Below are positions 35,283-46,561 of a stretch of 64,000 bases of DNA, in pieces. The number at the start of each line of letters is the position of its first letter. The stretch's first letter is position 1. The notes under the pieces were generated by a model that worked only from the letters and a program-made list of their open reading frames with translations, searched no databases and was not told where the DNA came from. Position numbers and translations under genes: made by a program. Source of the DNA: a virus; the IMG/VR virus record IMGVR_UViG_3300025872_000001. One strand, given 5' to 3'.

Positions 35283-36557
35283 ATGGCCACTTATTATTCA
35301 CCGAAAATTGTCACGGATGGGTTGGTCTTTTGCTTGGACGCTGCGAGTCGTAATGGAATATCCGCGCTTGGGTGCGGGGGATTTAATGGCGCTCCCCAGC
35401 TGGTCAAAAACATGGCTTCGCCATCTGACGTTATAACTGATGCGGGTGGAGTAAGACTAGGAAATTTAACTTATTATACAGCGTTTGCCATTGATTATCC
35501 AGAAGGAAATTATGGAGGAGATGCGGCAGGAAGACATGGCATTACTCCCGGATATAATGTAAGATCTGGAACTAAAACATATGATACAAGTAGAGCGCTT
35601 CATTTATACGCTTGGAATAATATAACAAATACTTGGATTGAAGGAGAGTTTAATGGTGCTCGTTTGTCTGGGCATTGTTATGATAATTATACCGGCGCAG
35701 AAACTGGATATGCAAATGAATTAGCAAAATTTGTTACCGATTACAACAATGTAAAAACAAAGTATCCAGACGTTACATTCATTGTGATTGGAAGTCACAG
35801 AGCAGATAGATATACTCAAGCCGTAAGAGATATTTTAACCGATCTTGGCAAGCCAGCCGGATATATTGATTCTGATTATATTGCTGCGCCAGAATGGATA
35901 CTAATAGGAAAGCCCGGATTGGGAGCGGGTAATTATTATGGTTGGGCGTATGAAAATTACACTACAAACCCATCTCAAGTTGCCCATTTAAATTTTGGTT
36001 TACCGCTTTTCGGTTCAAAAGATAATTATTTTTTATTTGATGGAGTAGATGATTATATTAGCGCAGGAAATTTGGGCGCTCAATTTTCAAATTATACTGT
36101 TGAGATTTGTTTTAAATCCGATAATGTAGCTAATTACAGAAATCCAATAGACTGTAATTGGCTAGTTTATAACGGATCTTATAGTAACATAGGACCAAGA
36201 CTTGAACAGAATAATTCTGGCAATCTAGTATGGGTAGTTGGTGATACATCTGGAAATTATGAGAGTAGAACAGTTATATCTTCTGGTATGAGCGCTACGC
36301 CAATTCATTGCGCCTCTATAACTAAATCTGGTAATCTTGTTACATCTTATTATAATGGAGCGCAAGTTCAATCTGCAAATCAGACGTATACACATTCTGG
36401 TTCTTTTGGCAACGTTCAGATAGGTAGAGGTTTTTCTACATCAGCTGAAAGATGGTTTAATGGAAGGGTTTATAGTGTTAAAATTTACAATAAAGCGCTT
36501 ACTACAGCTGAAATTCTTTCAAATTACAACGCGACGAAAGGACGCTTTGGATTATAA
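35283..36557 (+). CDS. LamG/ConA-like lectin with possible ILEI/GG-type lectin insert
   Basis: IVTDGLVFCLDAA start; FDGVDDY...VKIYNKALT..EI..NYNA end. Confidence 0.7.
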   Translation: MATYYSPKIVTDGLVFCLDAASRNGISALGCGGFNGAPQLVKNMASPSDVITDAGGVRLGNLTYYTAFAIDYPEGNYGGDAAGRHGITPGYNVRSGTKTYDTSRALHLYAWNNITNTWIEGEFNGARLSGHCYDNYTGAETGYANELAKFVTDYNNVKTKYPDVTFIVIGSHRADRYTQAVRDILTDLGKPAGYIDSDYIAAPEWILIGKPGLGAGNYYGWAYENYTTNPSQVAHLNFGLPLFGSKDNYFLFDGVDDYISAGNLGAQFSNYTVEICFKSDNVANYRNPIDCNWLVYNGSYSNIGPRLEQNNSGNLVWVVGDTSGNYESRTVISSGMSATPIHCASITKSGNLVTSYYNGAQVQSANQTYTHSGSFGNVQIGRGFSTSAERWFNGRVYSVKIYNKALTTAEILSNYNATKGRFGL

Positions 36558-37238
36558 ATGAGTTATCATAATGGGCCAAAAATAACCACAGATGGTTTGG
36601 TAATGTTGCTGGATGCGGCTAATCTTAATAGTTATCCAGGAAGTGGAACTGCTTGGACAGATTTAAGTGGTAGTGGAGCTAACGGAACATTAACAAATGG
36701 GCCAACATTTAATAGTGCTAACGGTGGCAGTATAGTTTTAGATGGCACAAATGATTATATACCAATATCTGTTCCTAGCAACATAATAAGATTGTATGAT
36801 TCCACAATATTTTTTGTAGTAAAACTACCTTTATATTCTGGAGGTCAGCGTTGTATATTTTCTTATAGAGGCGGAAGTGGTGGTAATTTATATGTAGGAA
36901 AAGGTTCTGGTGGTATATTTTGCTATTATAATGAACTGAATAATCCTGGATATACAGTTGGAAGTATCACTGACAATACAATAGCGATTGTAGCTATAGA
37001 ATTAAATTATTCTGGAAATAGTATAACAACTACAATTAATGGCTCTAAACAAACTTCTGCAACAAGAACCGGATGGGTATCGGCTTATAATACAGTTTTA
37101 AATTTAGGTTATGATGCTGGAGGAACTAACGAGTATATGCTGGGTAATTTTTATTGTTTTGCTCATTATAATAAAATTCTTTCTGATGGAGAAATTTTAC
37201 AAAATTACAACGCGCTAAGGGGGCGCTTTGGTTTATGA
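36558..37238 (+). CDS. LamG/ConA-like lectin
   Basis: TDGLVMLLDAA...SYPGSGTAWTDLSG...LDGTNDY...EILQNYNA. Confidence 0.75.
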   Translation: MSYHNGPKITTDGLVMLLDAANLNSYPGSGTAWTDLSGSGANGTLTNGPTFNSANGGSIVLDGTNDYIPISVPSNIIRLYDSTIFFVVKLPLYSGGQRCIFSYRGGSGGNLYVGKGSGGIFCYYNELNNPGYTVGSITDNTIAIVAIELNYSGNSITTTINGSKQTSATRTGWVSAYNTVLNLGYDAGGTNEYMLGNFYCFAHYNKILSDGEILQNYNALRGRFGL

Positions 37239-38503
37239 TAGAAGGTCCAATTCAAACTAATAATAATGGACTTGTATTTTATTTTGATACAAAAGAGCCA
37301 AAAAGTTATGTGGGTGAGCCAACGACAAATCGCAATCAGCAAATTTCAAATTATACTGGGACTAATTATGCAGATGGTTCACATGGCGGAGAATGGACAT
37401 CTAATCCCACAAGATTTACAAAAACATACAATGGCTCAATAATTACTCCAATAGGATTTGGCGCGACATTATGCTCTGAAAGTGGAACGGCTGGATTTCA
37501 TCATTTAAGCTCAATGGGAGGAGGAGAAGAATCAGGAGCGCATTCTATATCTTGTTATGTTAAACCTTTAAATTCTATAACTGATTTTACAATTGGTATG
37601 TTAGGTGATGGCAGCAATCAAGTTTCTTTTAATCTTTCCACTAAAGCTATTACATATGGCGGAGGCATTAGTAATAGAAATGCATTTTGTGTTGAAGTCA
37701 GTGGCTTTCCTGGTTGGTTGTATGTTGGCGCAAATATAGAAGGCAGAGCTGGAGGTTGGGTTGGATGTGTAGGCATAAGTACACATTCAAGCTACACTCC
37801 AACAACGCCATATAAAACATTTTATATTACTGGACTTCAATATGAATATAAAGTTGCACCAACAAAATTTACAGTTGGAACTAGATCTAACACTCAAGGT
37901 TTACTTGATTTAACTGGTAATTCTACTTTAAATTTATCCACAATGACCACTTACACCAATACTTCTGGTTTAAATTGGTCTGGTAATAATTACATAACAA
38001 CAGCAAATAATTGCAACTTAACTAGTGATCAAACTTTAACTGCTTGGATAAAACCAACAAAATCAGGTGCAAATACTGGGCCGCACAATACCGTAATCTG
38101 TACTGATCCTGGTTATCAATACGGTATAAAATTAATGAATTATAAAAATAATAGCCGTTATGGTTTATGGCTTGGTTTTGGCTCTAGTAATTATGAAGCT
38201 TTATATGCTGGTAATATAAATGATGGTGTCAATAAAATGTTTACTGGAACATGGACCCAATCTACTGGAGTTGTGAAAATTTATATAAATGCTCAATTAG
38301 TGTCTACCATTAATACAGGTGTTACAAGTGCAATTTCTTTGAATACTGGTCAAATATATGTTGGAACAGGGTATGAATTGGCTTGGGGAAATGGCAATAT
38401 GTTTGAAGGTGATATATATGCAGCAGCAATTTATAATAGAGCGCTTTCGGACACTGAAATTCTTAAGAACTTTAACTCCCAGAGAAGCCGTTATTCCGTG
38501 TAA
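37235..38503 (+). CDS. LamG/ConA-like lectin with inserted carbohydrate-binding-like domain
   Basis: GLVFYFD start; TAWIKP...IYNRALSDTEI end. Confidence 0.7.
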   Translation: MIEGPIQTNNNGLVFYFDTKEPKSYVGEPTTNRNQQISNYTGTNYADGSHGGEWTSNPTRFTKTYNGSIITPIGFGATLCSESGTAGFHHLSSMGGGEESGAHSISCYVKPLNSITDFTIGMLGDGSNQVSFNLSTKAITYGGGISNRNAFCVEVSGFPGWLYVGANIEGRAGGWVGCVGISTHSSYTPTTPYKTFYITGLQYEYKVAPTKFTVGTRSNTQGLLDLTGNSTLNLSTMTTYTNTSGLNWSGNNYITTANNCNLTSDQTLTAWIKPTKSGANTGPHNTVICTDPGYQYGIKLMNYKNNSRYGLWLGFGSSNYEALYAGNINDGVNKMFTGTWTQSTGVVKIYINAQLVSTINTGVTSAISLNTGQIYVGTGYELAWGNGNMFEGDIYAAAIYNRALSDTEILKNFNSQRSRYSV

Positions 38504-38523
38504 ATATATAAAGAATTTAAATT

Positions 38524-41500
38524 ATGCCAGACATCGTCATAACTCCAAATAGGGGTACAAGTAATAACCCAAAGATCGATTTTACAGGCACTTCCGCAGG
38601 TACAATTAAACTGGAAGTATTGGCTGATGGTTCAATCGCTTGGAATGGAGCCAACGGCTCCCTTTTTAGCATCGCTGATAGTTTAAGCGGTAGCTTAATG
38701 TCGGTAAATGACATATCTGGTTTACCGGCTTTTGAAGTATTTTCTGATAATAGGGTTGTAGTTGGACAGTTTGGGGCGAATTTACTTTTAGGTAAAACTA
38801 CCAGTTCAAGTAATGGTAGGTTGCAATTGGCAAATCATACAACTGTGGCTGGAGGTATTGGAATTGGAACAGATATAAATTTATATCGTAGCGCAGCTGG
38901 ATCTTTATCGATTGCGTCCTCCGCAAATCCAACTCAACTTAAAGTTTCAACAACGACAGCAGGTGGATATTCTCAAATATATCTATCAAATCCAACCAGA
39001 GATTTTATATTAACAAATAACGCGGGAGATAGTCTTTTGTCGTTCAACTATAGTGGAGCAAATAGGCTACAATTTGACACTTCAAATCAATGGTTTAATA
39101 GTGGTAATGTTGGTATTGGTACGACAAATCCTGGTGAAAAATTGACTGTTGTTGGAAATGCAGCAATATCAAATGGAATTGTTTCAAATTCCGCAAACGA
39201 TGCTGATAATATGACTGGTGGTGTTTCAATGTGGAGTAGCCCAAGCGCTACCACTTCATTGTCACTTTTTAAGAGTTGGAATTCTATTTTTGGTAGAACA
39301 AATACTTTGATGACCAATGGATACGCCACGTATTATATAATGGATACTAGTGGTCGCGGTTGGGTTTGGAGATATGCAACGGGAGGGTCAGCTGGTACAA
39401 ACGTCGCATCACTAAGAAATGATACTGGGCAAATGTCGCTTGGTACAGCTTGGGATTGGTCTGGCGGTTATCATGCTCAATTAAACATTGCAGCTGGACA
39501 AGGCTCTGCTACAACTTATCGTGACATTGATTTGCATGGTGGCTGGAGTCCTGGCGAAGGTCATGCTATCACCGCAACACATGCTAGCGGCGCAAGTAAT
39601 ATTGTTGGTCAAATTGTGTTTCAATATGATGGCGGACCATCAAGAATACGATTCGGTAAAATACACCACAATGGAGATCAAAGTGGATATCCATTAGAAC
39701 TTATTTCAACCGGAGCAAATGTTGCGAATTTGATATTAAATAATGGAAATATTAATGTTGCGGCTGGAAATGTAAGTATAGGAACGACAAATTTTGATAC
39801 AGGAAATGGTAATATTGGTGCTACACTTAAACTTGGAAGTAATAACAATAATCTAATTGTAGCTGAAACAACCACAACAAACAGATATCTCTTGCTTGAA
39901 TCAAGAAGAACAAGCAGAACTGGTGGAGCAAGAAATGCGCAAATTAGCATCGGCGGTGACGCAAGTGACAATGGAGAAATGATATTCTATACAGCCCCAT
40001 CTGGCGCTGATGTATCCGAAAGAATGCGCATCATAAGCAATGGTAATGTTGGTATAAGCACAACAAGCCCTTCTACAAAACTTCACGTATACAACGGATC
40101 GATTGGTATCACAGGAGCATCAACGGGATCAAGTAGTATAACATCGTCGCTGGATGCACTTATAATAGGACCATACCCTCAAAGAAATCCAACGATTGGT
40201 TCGTATTTTCCAGGATTGGCGTTCAATCATTTGTTCAATTATTCTGGAACAACGTATGATGCTTCGGCTCACGGATGGATTGGTCTTCGTCTAACATCAA
40301 TTGCGGGTGCGGAATTGTCTGCCTTGGTATTTGCCACAAAACCAACAACAGGTACTGCTGATCGTCCAATTGAAAGAATGGCAATTACTCCAGACGGTAA
40401 TGTTGGTATTGGAACTACAACTCCTTCACAAAAACTTCATGTTTACGGAAGTGCAGATGCGGCTGGCATTCTAGTTGGAACTTCAAGTGGAAGAGCAAGA
40501 GTAACTATCGACTCAGCAACCTCGGCACTTTCATCATATTTGGAATTGAATAGTGGTGGAAATCAAATTGCATTCCTTGATGGTAATTACGGAAACGATT
40601 GGCTGAGAATTGCCACCAATAAATCAACCGCATATATTTCTTTTGAGACTGGGAATCAGAGTGAAAAAATGCGTATTACTGCCAATGGAAGTGTTGGTAT
40701 TGGAACAACAAGTCCTGGTTACAAACTTCAAGTTCAAGGAACTGCTTATGTAGATAGTACTTTATTTGTAAACGGCGCTACAACTATAGAAGATACACTT
40801 ACAGTAAAAACTCAAAGCGGTTCACATAATGTAGCTATAATTGATTATAGTGGTGTAGCTGGAGGAAGAATTAAAGTTCTTGTTGACGGAGTTGTTCGTT
40901 CTCAAATTGGAACTTATAGTGGCGACAATACATTTTTTAATGCTGGATACGGTGGAAATGTTGGTATTGGAACCTCAACACCTAGTTATCTTCTTCATGC
41001 TGTTGGCGACATATACGCTAATGGCGGATGGTTTAGAGTAAGCGGAAATCAAGGATATTATTTTGAAACGCATGGTGGCGGTTGGTATATGACCGATAGC
41101 ACCTGGCTTCGTGCATATAATGACAAAGCAATCATCACCAACAATGAAATTCGCGCAACAATATTTAAAGATGCAAATGATACCGCGTATTATGCTGATC
41201 CCGCATCAACAAGTGTATTGTCAAAATTGTCGGTAGGAAATGCTCCGTATGTCGCATCAATTCAAGCTGGCGCTTTAGAATTAGGTAGAACAGATACAAA
41301 TTACCAATACACTAGTGGTTGGACTGGAACAATGCAGGGCGGTATTCTTGCAAATTGCGCCGATAATTGGGAATTTGTAATTCACGATTCTGGACATCGT
41401 CTAGCTTCTGCGTTTGAATTTAGAGGATCAGGAACAAACGTAATACGTTTAGGTAGAGATCTTGGCTGGGGCGTTACTCCAATTGAAACCCCAGGTAATC

Positions 41501-44500
41501 TAACTGTTATAGGAAATGCTTATGCTCCAGTATTTTACGACTATAATGATACTAATTTTCGTTTAGATCCTGCATCAACAACAACTTCATTACAAATCGC
41601 GGGAGCGATTGAGCAGGGAAATAATTTCGCTCATCCGAATGTTGAATGGGCGCAAAGCGGATCAGCCACTGGAATGGTTATTATTAAGTTCCCAGGAAAT
41701 ACTGGTAACTATGGAATGATTCACGCTGTAGTTGATATTTATGAATACAGCAGCAATAGCGCATGTACAGTTACGGTTGCTGGTCATAATTGGAACGGCG
41801 CTTGGTATAATATTAGTTCAGAAGTTATAGGCTATACTGATAAACAAGTTCGCGTTGGAGTAAAAGATAGTCAATATTGCATTGTAATAGGAACATCAGG
41901 TTCAAGTTGGAGTTATGGCCAGGTTCGTCTGAGAAAAATTCAAAATGGTTCATATTACAATGATCAAATGGATCTTGGCGGAACTTACAGCGCCTCAATC
42001 ACAACTACTGAATCGTTCTCTAATATTTCTGGTGATTTAAGAAATTTAAGGACTCCAAATAATATTAGTGTTGGTGGAGGTATATATGGCCAAATTTTCT
42101 ATGATAGTAATGATACAAATTATTATGTTGATCCAGCAAATGGTGGATTTGTTCTGCGCGGTGGTACAAGTAATCGCGTAACATTTTCTACAACTGACAG
42201 TGGAATTTTTGTTGCCAACGCTGAAGGAGGTGGGACTACTGTTCGTTTAGGTGCCGCGTGGGGTTGTCCCGGCATATACAATAACACATCTCTGACGCTT
42301 GGTGCAGAAAGTAACATTGAATTTAGAATTGCAAATGCGCAAAAAGGTTATATAGATTCAAGCAGTAATCTTTTTGCTTTTGGTTCGATGCGTTCACCAA
42401 TCTTTTATGATTACAATGATACAAATTATTACGTTGATCCTGCTAGCACATCAAGGGTAAATACCGTAAGTTTTGTCAGTGGAGCTTCATTTGGTCCATA
42501 TCTTCAATTTAACAATCAATCCAATTTACGTCTTCAAGCTGGACAGCAATCTGGGGCTATTGGCATAAGTGGTTATGATTTTAATGGAAATTGGAAATTT
42601 CAATTATACGGAGATAGCAGCGGTTATGGATTTTTGAACGGAAACTGGGCAGGATGGGATCTGCTGAAAAGTGTAAGCGGTAACCTATATCTAAATAATC
42701 AAAGCACATATTACATTGGCACCAACGAGATATATTACAACCGTGTTTATGGTATAGCGGATATTAGATCTCCGATCTTTTACGATAATAATAATACTGG
42801 ATATTATATTGATGGTAATAGCACATCATATCTGAATAGTTTATATTTGTATGGAGGACTTACCACAACAGGAAATACTCGTCTTGGACAAAGCAGCGGC
42901 ACGACAACACGCATTGATGATATTCTGCAAGTAGGAGCTTCTGACAGCGGTGATAGCCATTTGTACTTTGGAGAAGATACCAGTAACTGGTATGGAGCAC
43001 ACTGGTATTGGGATTCAGGATATACGCACTATTGGTATTCACGCAATGGTGGAACCGATAGCACGCTGATGCAGTATGCCACGAATGATACCACTAAAAT
43101 CACATTCGGCAGAAATATTGAATTTAATAATTACGGAAAAGGAATCATTGGAACATACGCATCCACTCGCTATCAGGGGGTATTTGCGATGGGAGAATCC
43201 TATAAACTTCCAGATGATGGAAACGGCGTAGGAACTCTTTACGGTATTGCGTGGTCTCATCCAAACGCAGGTGGTGCGGCAGGAAATCTTGCATCTCACG
43301 GTATGCTCATCCTTGAGAATGGAACATTCAAGGGAGCTTGGGGCGGTGGAAGACTTGTAACGACTTCTGATATACGTGGTACAGTCTTTTATGATTATGA
43401 TAATACTGGATATTATGTAGATCCAACTGGCAACGCCAATATTGCTAACTCTGTATATGTTGGAGGCTGGTTTAGAAACTATGGAAACCAAGGATTATAT
43501 AATGAAACTCATGGCAATCACTGGTACGCAACGGGCAATGATTTTTGGAATTTAGCAGGAAATAACGCGAGCAATATTGGAATTATTTTAAGATCTGGCG
43601 GACACCAAGGAACTATACGCGGATACGTTTATGCCGATAGTAATAATCATATTGGATTTCTAAATGATGGCGGAGCTTGGAGATTAAGAGTGGTCAGTGG
43701 AGATTACACTCTTGCCGATGGCTCTTCTATTCGAGGCCAACTATTTTATGATAGTAATGATACCAATTATTATATAGACCCAGCAAGCACTGGAACCTCC
43801 GCGAATTTTGCTGGAAATATAATTGTAGCAAATGGACGCACAGACGCCTATATCTACATGGGCGATACAGACGAAGGCCAAAGAGTTATTCACAACAATT
43901 CAAATAGAATTGGATTTTTGAATCAGTCTAGCGGATGGGGAGCTTGGTGCGATGATTCTGGCTATTGGCAATCCGATACAAGCATCAGAGGACCGCTTTT
44001 CTATGATAGTAACGATACCAATTATTATGTAGATCCTGCCAGCACATCAAATCTTAACCGTCTTTTAATTCAGCCTCGCAACGACAATTATTATGTTGGA
44101 ACGGTGAGTTATGTAAATTCAGTGTCGGATTGGCAAAGTTTGACGAATACCACAGGCCAATTCACAGTGACCCAAATGAATAATTTTGCTGCAGGTGGGT
44201 TTAGCAATTATCCAAGCAGCGTTTATACATATGGATCAGTATTAAGTTGGAGAACAGAATACCATTCTTTCCAACTATACGCCGCACATACAGGAGATAT
44301 TACGTACAAAACTCAATGGGCTAATGACAACTATTCTGGATGGTTGTATCCAATGGTGTATGGAAGAGTAAATGGCGGCGGAGGATCTATTTATGGCACA
44401 ATTTTTTACGATCAAAATGATAGTGGCTATTATGTAGATCCAAATAGCACAAGTAAACTAAATAATTTACAGGTTGCAGGAGGAATATCAGATCCTAGTA

Positions 44501-45147
44501 CTAATGGTAGAATATATCTTTATGGAAATCTTCATATTGATGCGTTCAACGGATATGATATCTATGCCAATTATTATAGCGGTAGAAGATTCAGAACATT
44601 TTATGGTGCACAAAATGAGTCTTTTAGATGCGATACTGATGGAATTGTATATGCATATAACCACATCCGCACTCCTTATATTTACGATTATAACAATACT
44701 GCATATTATTTTGATGGAAATAATACTTCCGTGATGAATCTGGTGACGGTGAATTCTCTTGGAGTAGGAACATCCGTATCTGGAACAACAGGTGAAATTC
44801 GCGCCACAAATAATATCACAGCTTACTATTCCGATGAACGCTTAAAAACTAGACTCGGAAAAATTGAAGATCCAATTGCCAAAGTAAAGTCACTTTCTGG
44901 TTTCTATTTTGAAGCTAATGAAACGGCAGTTGCTTTGGGCTACGATAAAAAACGCGAAGTTGGCGTATCAGCCCAAGAGGTCCAAGCTGTATTACCCGAA
45001 ATTATAGCCCCTGCCCCAATTAGCGATAAATACATGACAGTAAGATATGAAAAGCTTATTCCTCTTCTTATTGAGGCCATTAAAGAGCAGCAAACTCAAA
45101 TCGAACAACTTTCTAATGAATTGAAATCATTAAAAAATAAATTATAA
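38524..45147 (+). CDS. giant tail fibre 2 (2207 aa) with C-terminal S74 intramolecular chaperone
   Basis: GNVGIGT repeats, about 10 FYDxNDTxYYxDP repeats, YYSDERLK...GVSAQEV...YEKLIPLLIEAIKE. Confidence 0.88.
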   Translation: MPDIVITPNRGTSNNPKIDFTGTSAGTIKLEVLADGSIAWNGANGSLFSIADSLSGSLMSVNDISGLPAFEVFSDNRVVVGQFGANLLLGKTTSSSNGRLQLANHTTVAGGIGIGTDINLYRSAAGSLSIASSANPTQLKVSTTTAGGYSQIYLSNPTRDFILTNNAGDSLLSFNYSGANRLQFDTSNQWFNSGNVGIGTTNPGEKLTVVGNAAISNGIVSNSANDADNMTGGVSMWSSPSATTSLSLFKSWNSIFGRTNTLMTNGYATYYIMDTSGRGWVWRYATGGSAGTNVASLRNDTGQMSLGTAWDWSGGYHAQLNIAAGQGSATTYRDIDLHGGWSPGEGHAITATHASGASNIVGQIVFQYDGGPSRIRFGKIHHNGDQSGYPLELISTGANVANLILNNGNINVAAGNVSIGTTNFDTGNGNIGATLKLGSNNNNLIVAETTTTNRYLLLESRRTSRTGGARNAQISIGGDASDNGEMIFYTAPSGADVSERMRIISNGNVGISTTSPSTKLHVYNGSIGITGASTGSSSITSSLDALIIGPYPQRNPTIGSYFPGLAFNHLFNYSGTTYDASAHGWIGLRLTSIAGAELSALVFATKPTTGTADRPIERMAITPDGNVGIGTTTPSQKLHVYGSADAAGILVGTSSGRARVTIDSATSALSSYLELNSGGNQIAFLDGNYGNDWLRIATNKSTAYISFETGNQSEKMRITANGSVGIGTTSPGYKLQVQGTAYVDSTLFVNGATTIEDTLTVKTQSGSHNVAIIDYSGVAGGRIKVLVDGVVRSQIGTYSGDNTFFNAGYGGNVGIGTSTPSYLLHAVGDIYANGGWFRVSGNQGYYFETHGGGWYMTDSTWLRAYNDKAIITNNEIRATIFKDANDTAYYADPASTSVLSKLSVGNAPYVASIQAGALELGRTDTNYQYTSGWTGTMQGGILANCADNWEFVIHDSGHRLASAFEFRGSGTNVIRLGRDLGWGVTPIETPGNLTVIGNAYAPVFYDYNDTNFRLDPASTTTSLQIAGAIEQGNNFAHPNVEWAQSGSATGMVIIKFPGNTGNYGMIHAVVDIYEYSSNSACTVTVAGHNWNGAWYNISSEVIGYTDKQVRVGVKDSQYCIVIGTSGSSWSYGQVRLRKIQNGSYYNDQMDLGGTYSASITTTESFSNISGDLRNLRTPNNISVGGGIYGQIFYDSNDTNYYVDPANGGFVLRGGTSNRVTFSTTDSGIFVANAEGGGTTVRLGAAWGCPGIYNNTSLTLGAESNIEFRIANAQKGYIDSSSNLFAFGSMRSPIFYDYNDTNYYVDPASTSRVNTVSFVSGASFGPYLQFNNQSNLRLQAGQQSGAIGISGYDFNGNWKFQLYGDSSGYGFLNGNWAGWDLLKSVSGNLYLNNQSTYYIGTNEIYYNRVYGIADIRSPIFYDNNNTGYYIDGNSTSYLNSLYLYGGLTTTGNTRLGQSSGTTTRIDDILQVGASDSGDSHLYFGEDTSNWYGAHWYWDSGYTHYWYSRNGGTDSTLMQYATNDTTKITFGRNIEFNNYGKGIIGTYASTRYQGVFAMGESYKLPDDGNGVGTLYGIAWSHPNAGGAAGNLASHGMLILENGTFKGAWGGGRLVTTSDIRGTVFYDYDNTGYYVDPTGNANIANSVYVGGWFRNYGNQGLYNETHGNHWYATGNDFWNLAGNNASNIGIILRSGGHQGTIRGYVYADSNNHIGFLNDGGAWRLRVVSGDYTLADGSSIRGQLFYDSNDTNYYIDPASTGTSANFAGNIIVANGRTDAYIYMGDTDEGQRVIHNNSNRIGFLNQSSGWGAWCDDSGYWQSDTSIRGPLFYDSNDTNYYVDPASTSNLNRLLIQPRNDNYYVGTVSYVNSVSDWQSLTNTTGQFTVTQMNNFAAGGFSNYPSSVYTYGSVLSWRTEYHSFQLYAAHTGDITYKTQWANDNYSGWLYPMVYGRVNGGGGSIYGTIFYDQNDSGYYVDPNSTSKLNNLQVAGGISDPSTNGRIYLYGNLHIDAFNGYDIYANYYSGRRFRTFYGAQNESFRCDTDGIVYAYNHIRTPYIYDYNNTAYYFDGNNTSVMNLVTVNSLGVGTSVSGTTGEIRATNNITAYYSDERLKTRLGKIEDPIAKVKSLSGFYFEANETAVALGYDKKREVGVSAQEVQAVLPEIIAPAPISDKYMTVRYEKLIPLLIEAIKEQQTQIEQLSNELKSLKNKL

Positions 45148-45160
45148 TCCTATTAAGTCT

Positions 45161-45535
45161 ATGATCACCTACACATGGAAATTAACATCCCTAAAAAAAC
45201 GCAACGTCGGTAATTTAAACGATGTTGTTTTTCAAACCCACTGGCAAAAAATTGGAACAGATGAGAGTGGCAACACTGGAATTTTCTCTGGCGCTACCCC
45301 ATTTGATCCAGCTAAATTAGATCCTTCTTCATTTGTTTCTTTTGAGCAGCTGACAGAAGCCGCAGTCCTAGAATGGATTAAGGCGGTTGTTGTTGGCTCT
45401 TACGAGCAGCATGTAAACGAGCAAATTGCTCGTCAAATCGACGAGAAGAAAAATGTCGCTTCTGAAGTTAATGCTGGCGCATTCCCCTGGGATCCTCCTC
45501 CCTCTGGCGCGCCAACATCCGGTATAGCTCCCTAA
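45161..45535 (+). CDS. fibre-associated protein
   Basis: TYTWK...HW...FEQLTE..V..W pattern common downstream of fibres. Confidence 0.55.
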   Translation: MITYTWKLTSLKKRNVGNLNDVVFQTHWQKIGTDESGNTGIFSGATPFDPAKLDPSSFVSFEQLTEAAVLEWIKAVVVGSYEQHVNEQIARQIDEKKNVASEVNAGAFPWDPPPSGAPTSGIAP

Positions 45536-45559
45536 TACTACAATAAATAAGTAATTGTC

Positions 45560-46558
45560 GTGGCCTTACCCTCATCAGGCGCTATTTCAATGAATAACGT
45601 CAACCAAGAGTTGGGTAAGGCTTCGCCATATACTCAAACCGTCTCATTGAATGATTCGGATGTAAGATCGCTTTTCCAAAAAACAACAGCAGGAAGTGCG
45701 ATTTCAATGAGTGATGGTTGGGGTAAAAGTAATGCTGCTCCAGCTAGCCAAGTAGAATGGACAACGCCTAACACTTATAGTTGGACGGTTCCTGCTGGAG
45801 TAACATCTATATGCGCAGTAGCAGTTAATGGCGGTGGTGGTGGTCCCCGTGGAGGCTGCGATTTTGGAGGACAGGGTGGACTAGGAGGTTATTTTTTTTA
45901 TAGAAATAATATTTCAGTTACACCTGGAGAAACTTTGACAATTGTTGTTGGTGCTGGTGGTTCTGGAGGAACAATAAATGGTGTTGGAACAAATGGTGGC
46001 GCATCATCGATTGCCAGATCTGGAACAGGATTATTATCAACAAGCGTTTTTGATTATTTATCTAATGGAGCATATGGTGATGCCTGTGGTGCTGGAGGTG
46101 GCGCTGGTGGTTATTCTGCTTCGGGACAAACTTCTACAGGAGGTGTTGGTGGAGGACAAGAGAATCAAGGAGGAAATGGAACCTATGGCGCATCTGGAGG
46201 CGGCGGCGGCGGTTATGACGATGGATGCTGGAATCGTTATCAATCTGGTAATGGCGGCAGCACTTATCTTTATGGCAGAGGAGATAATGGTGTAGGAGGA
46301 GCAGGTGGAGATCCAAATTCACATTATGAAGGCTATAATGGAGGCGATGGCTCCGCAACAAATATAGCTGGATCTGGAACAAGAGGGAACGCAAAAGGAG
46401 GAGGCGGCGGTGCGATTGGCGGTTATAATTCAGATGATTGTGGAGGCACAGTATCTACAAATTTTGGTTACGCTGGAGCAGCTGGTGCAGTTAGAATAAT
46501 TTGGGGAGACACTAGCATCAGCAGATCTTTCCCCGCAACAAACACAAAAAATGTATAA
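45560..46558 (+). CDS. glycine-rich adhesin-like protein (gp38-like)
   Basis: MALPSSGAISM...GWGKS N-terminus; SWTVPAGVTSI and poly-Gly tracts. Confidence 0.65.
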   Translation: MALPSSGAISMNNVNQELGKASPYTQTVSLNDSDVRSLFQKTTAGSAISMSDGWGKSNAAPASQVEWTTPNTYSWTVPAGVTSICAVAVNGGGGGPRGGCDFGGQGGLGGYFFYRNNISVTPGETLTIVVGAGGSGGTINGVGTNGGASSIARSGTGLLSTSVFDYLSNGAYGDACGAGGGAGGYSASGQTSTGGVGGGQENQGGNGTYGASGGGGGGYDDGCWNRYQSGNGGSTYLYGRGDNGVGGAGGDPNSHYEGYNGGDGSATNIAGSGTRGNAKGGGGGAIGGYNSDDCGGTVSTNFGYAGAAGAVRIIWGDTSISRSFPATNTKNV

Positions 46559-46561
46559 TTT

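Noticed and set aside
28813-46558. Diversity-generating retroelement or shufflon acting on the fibres
   Set aside because: No reverse transcriptase, invertase, adenine-variant TR/VR pair or inverted cassettes seen in the window.
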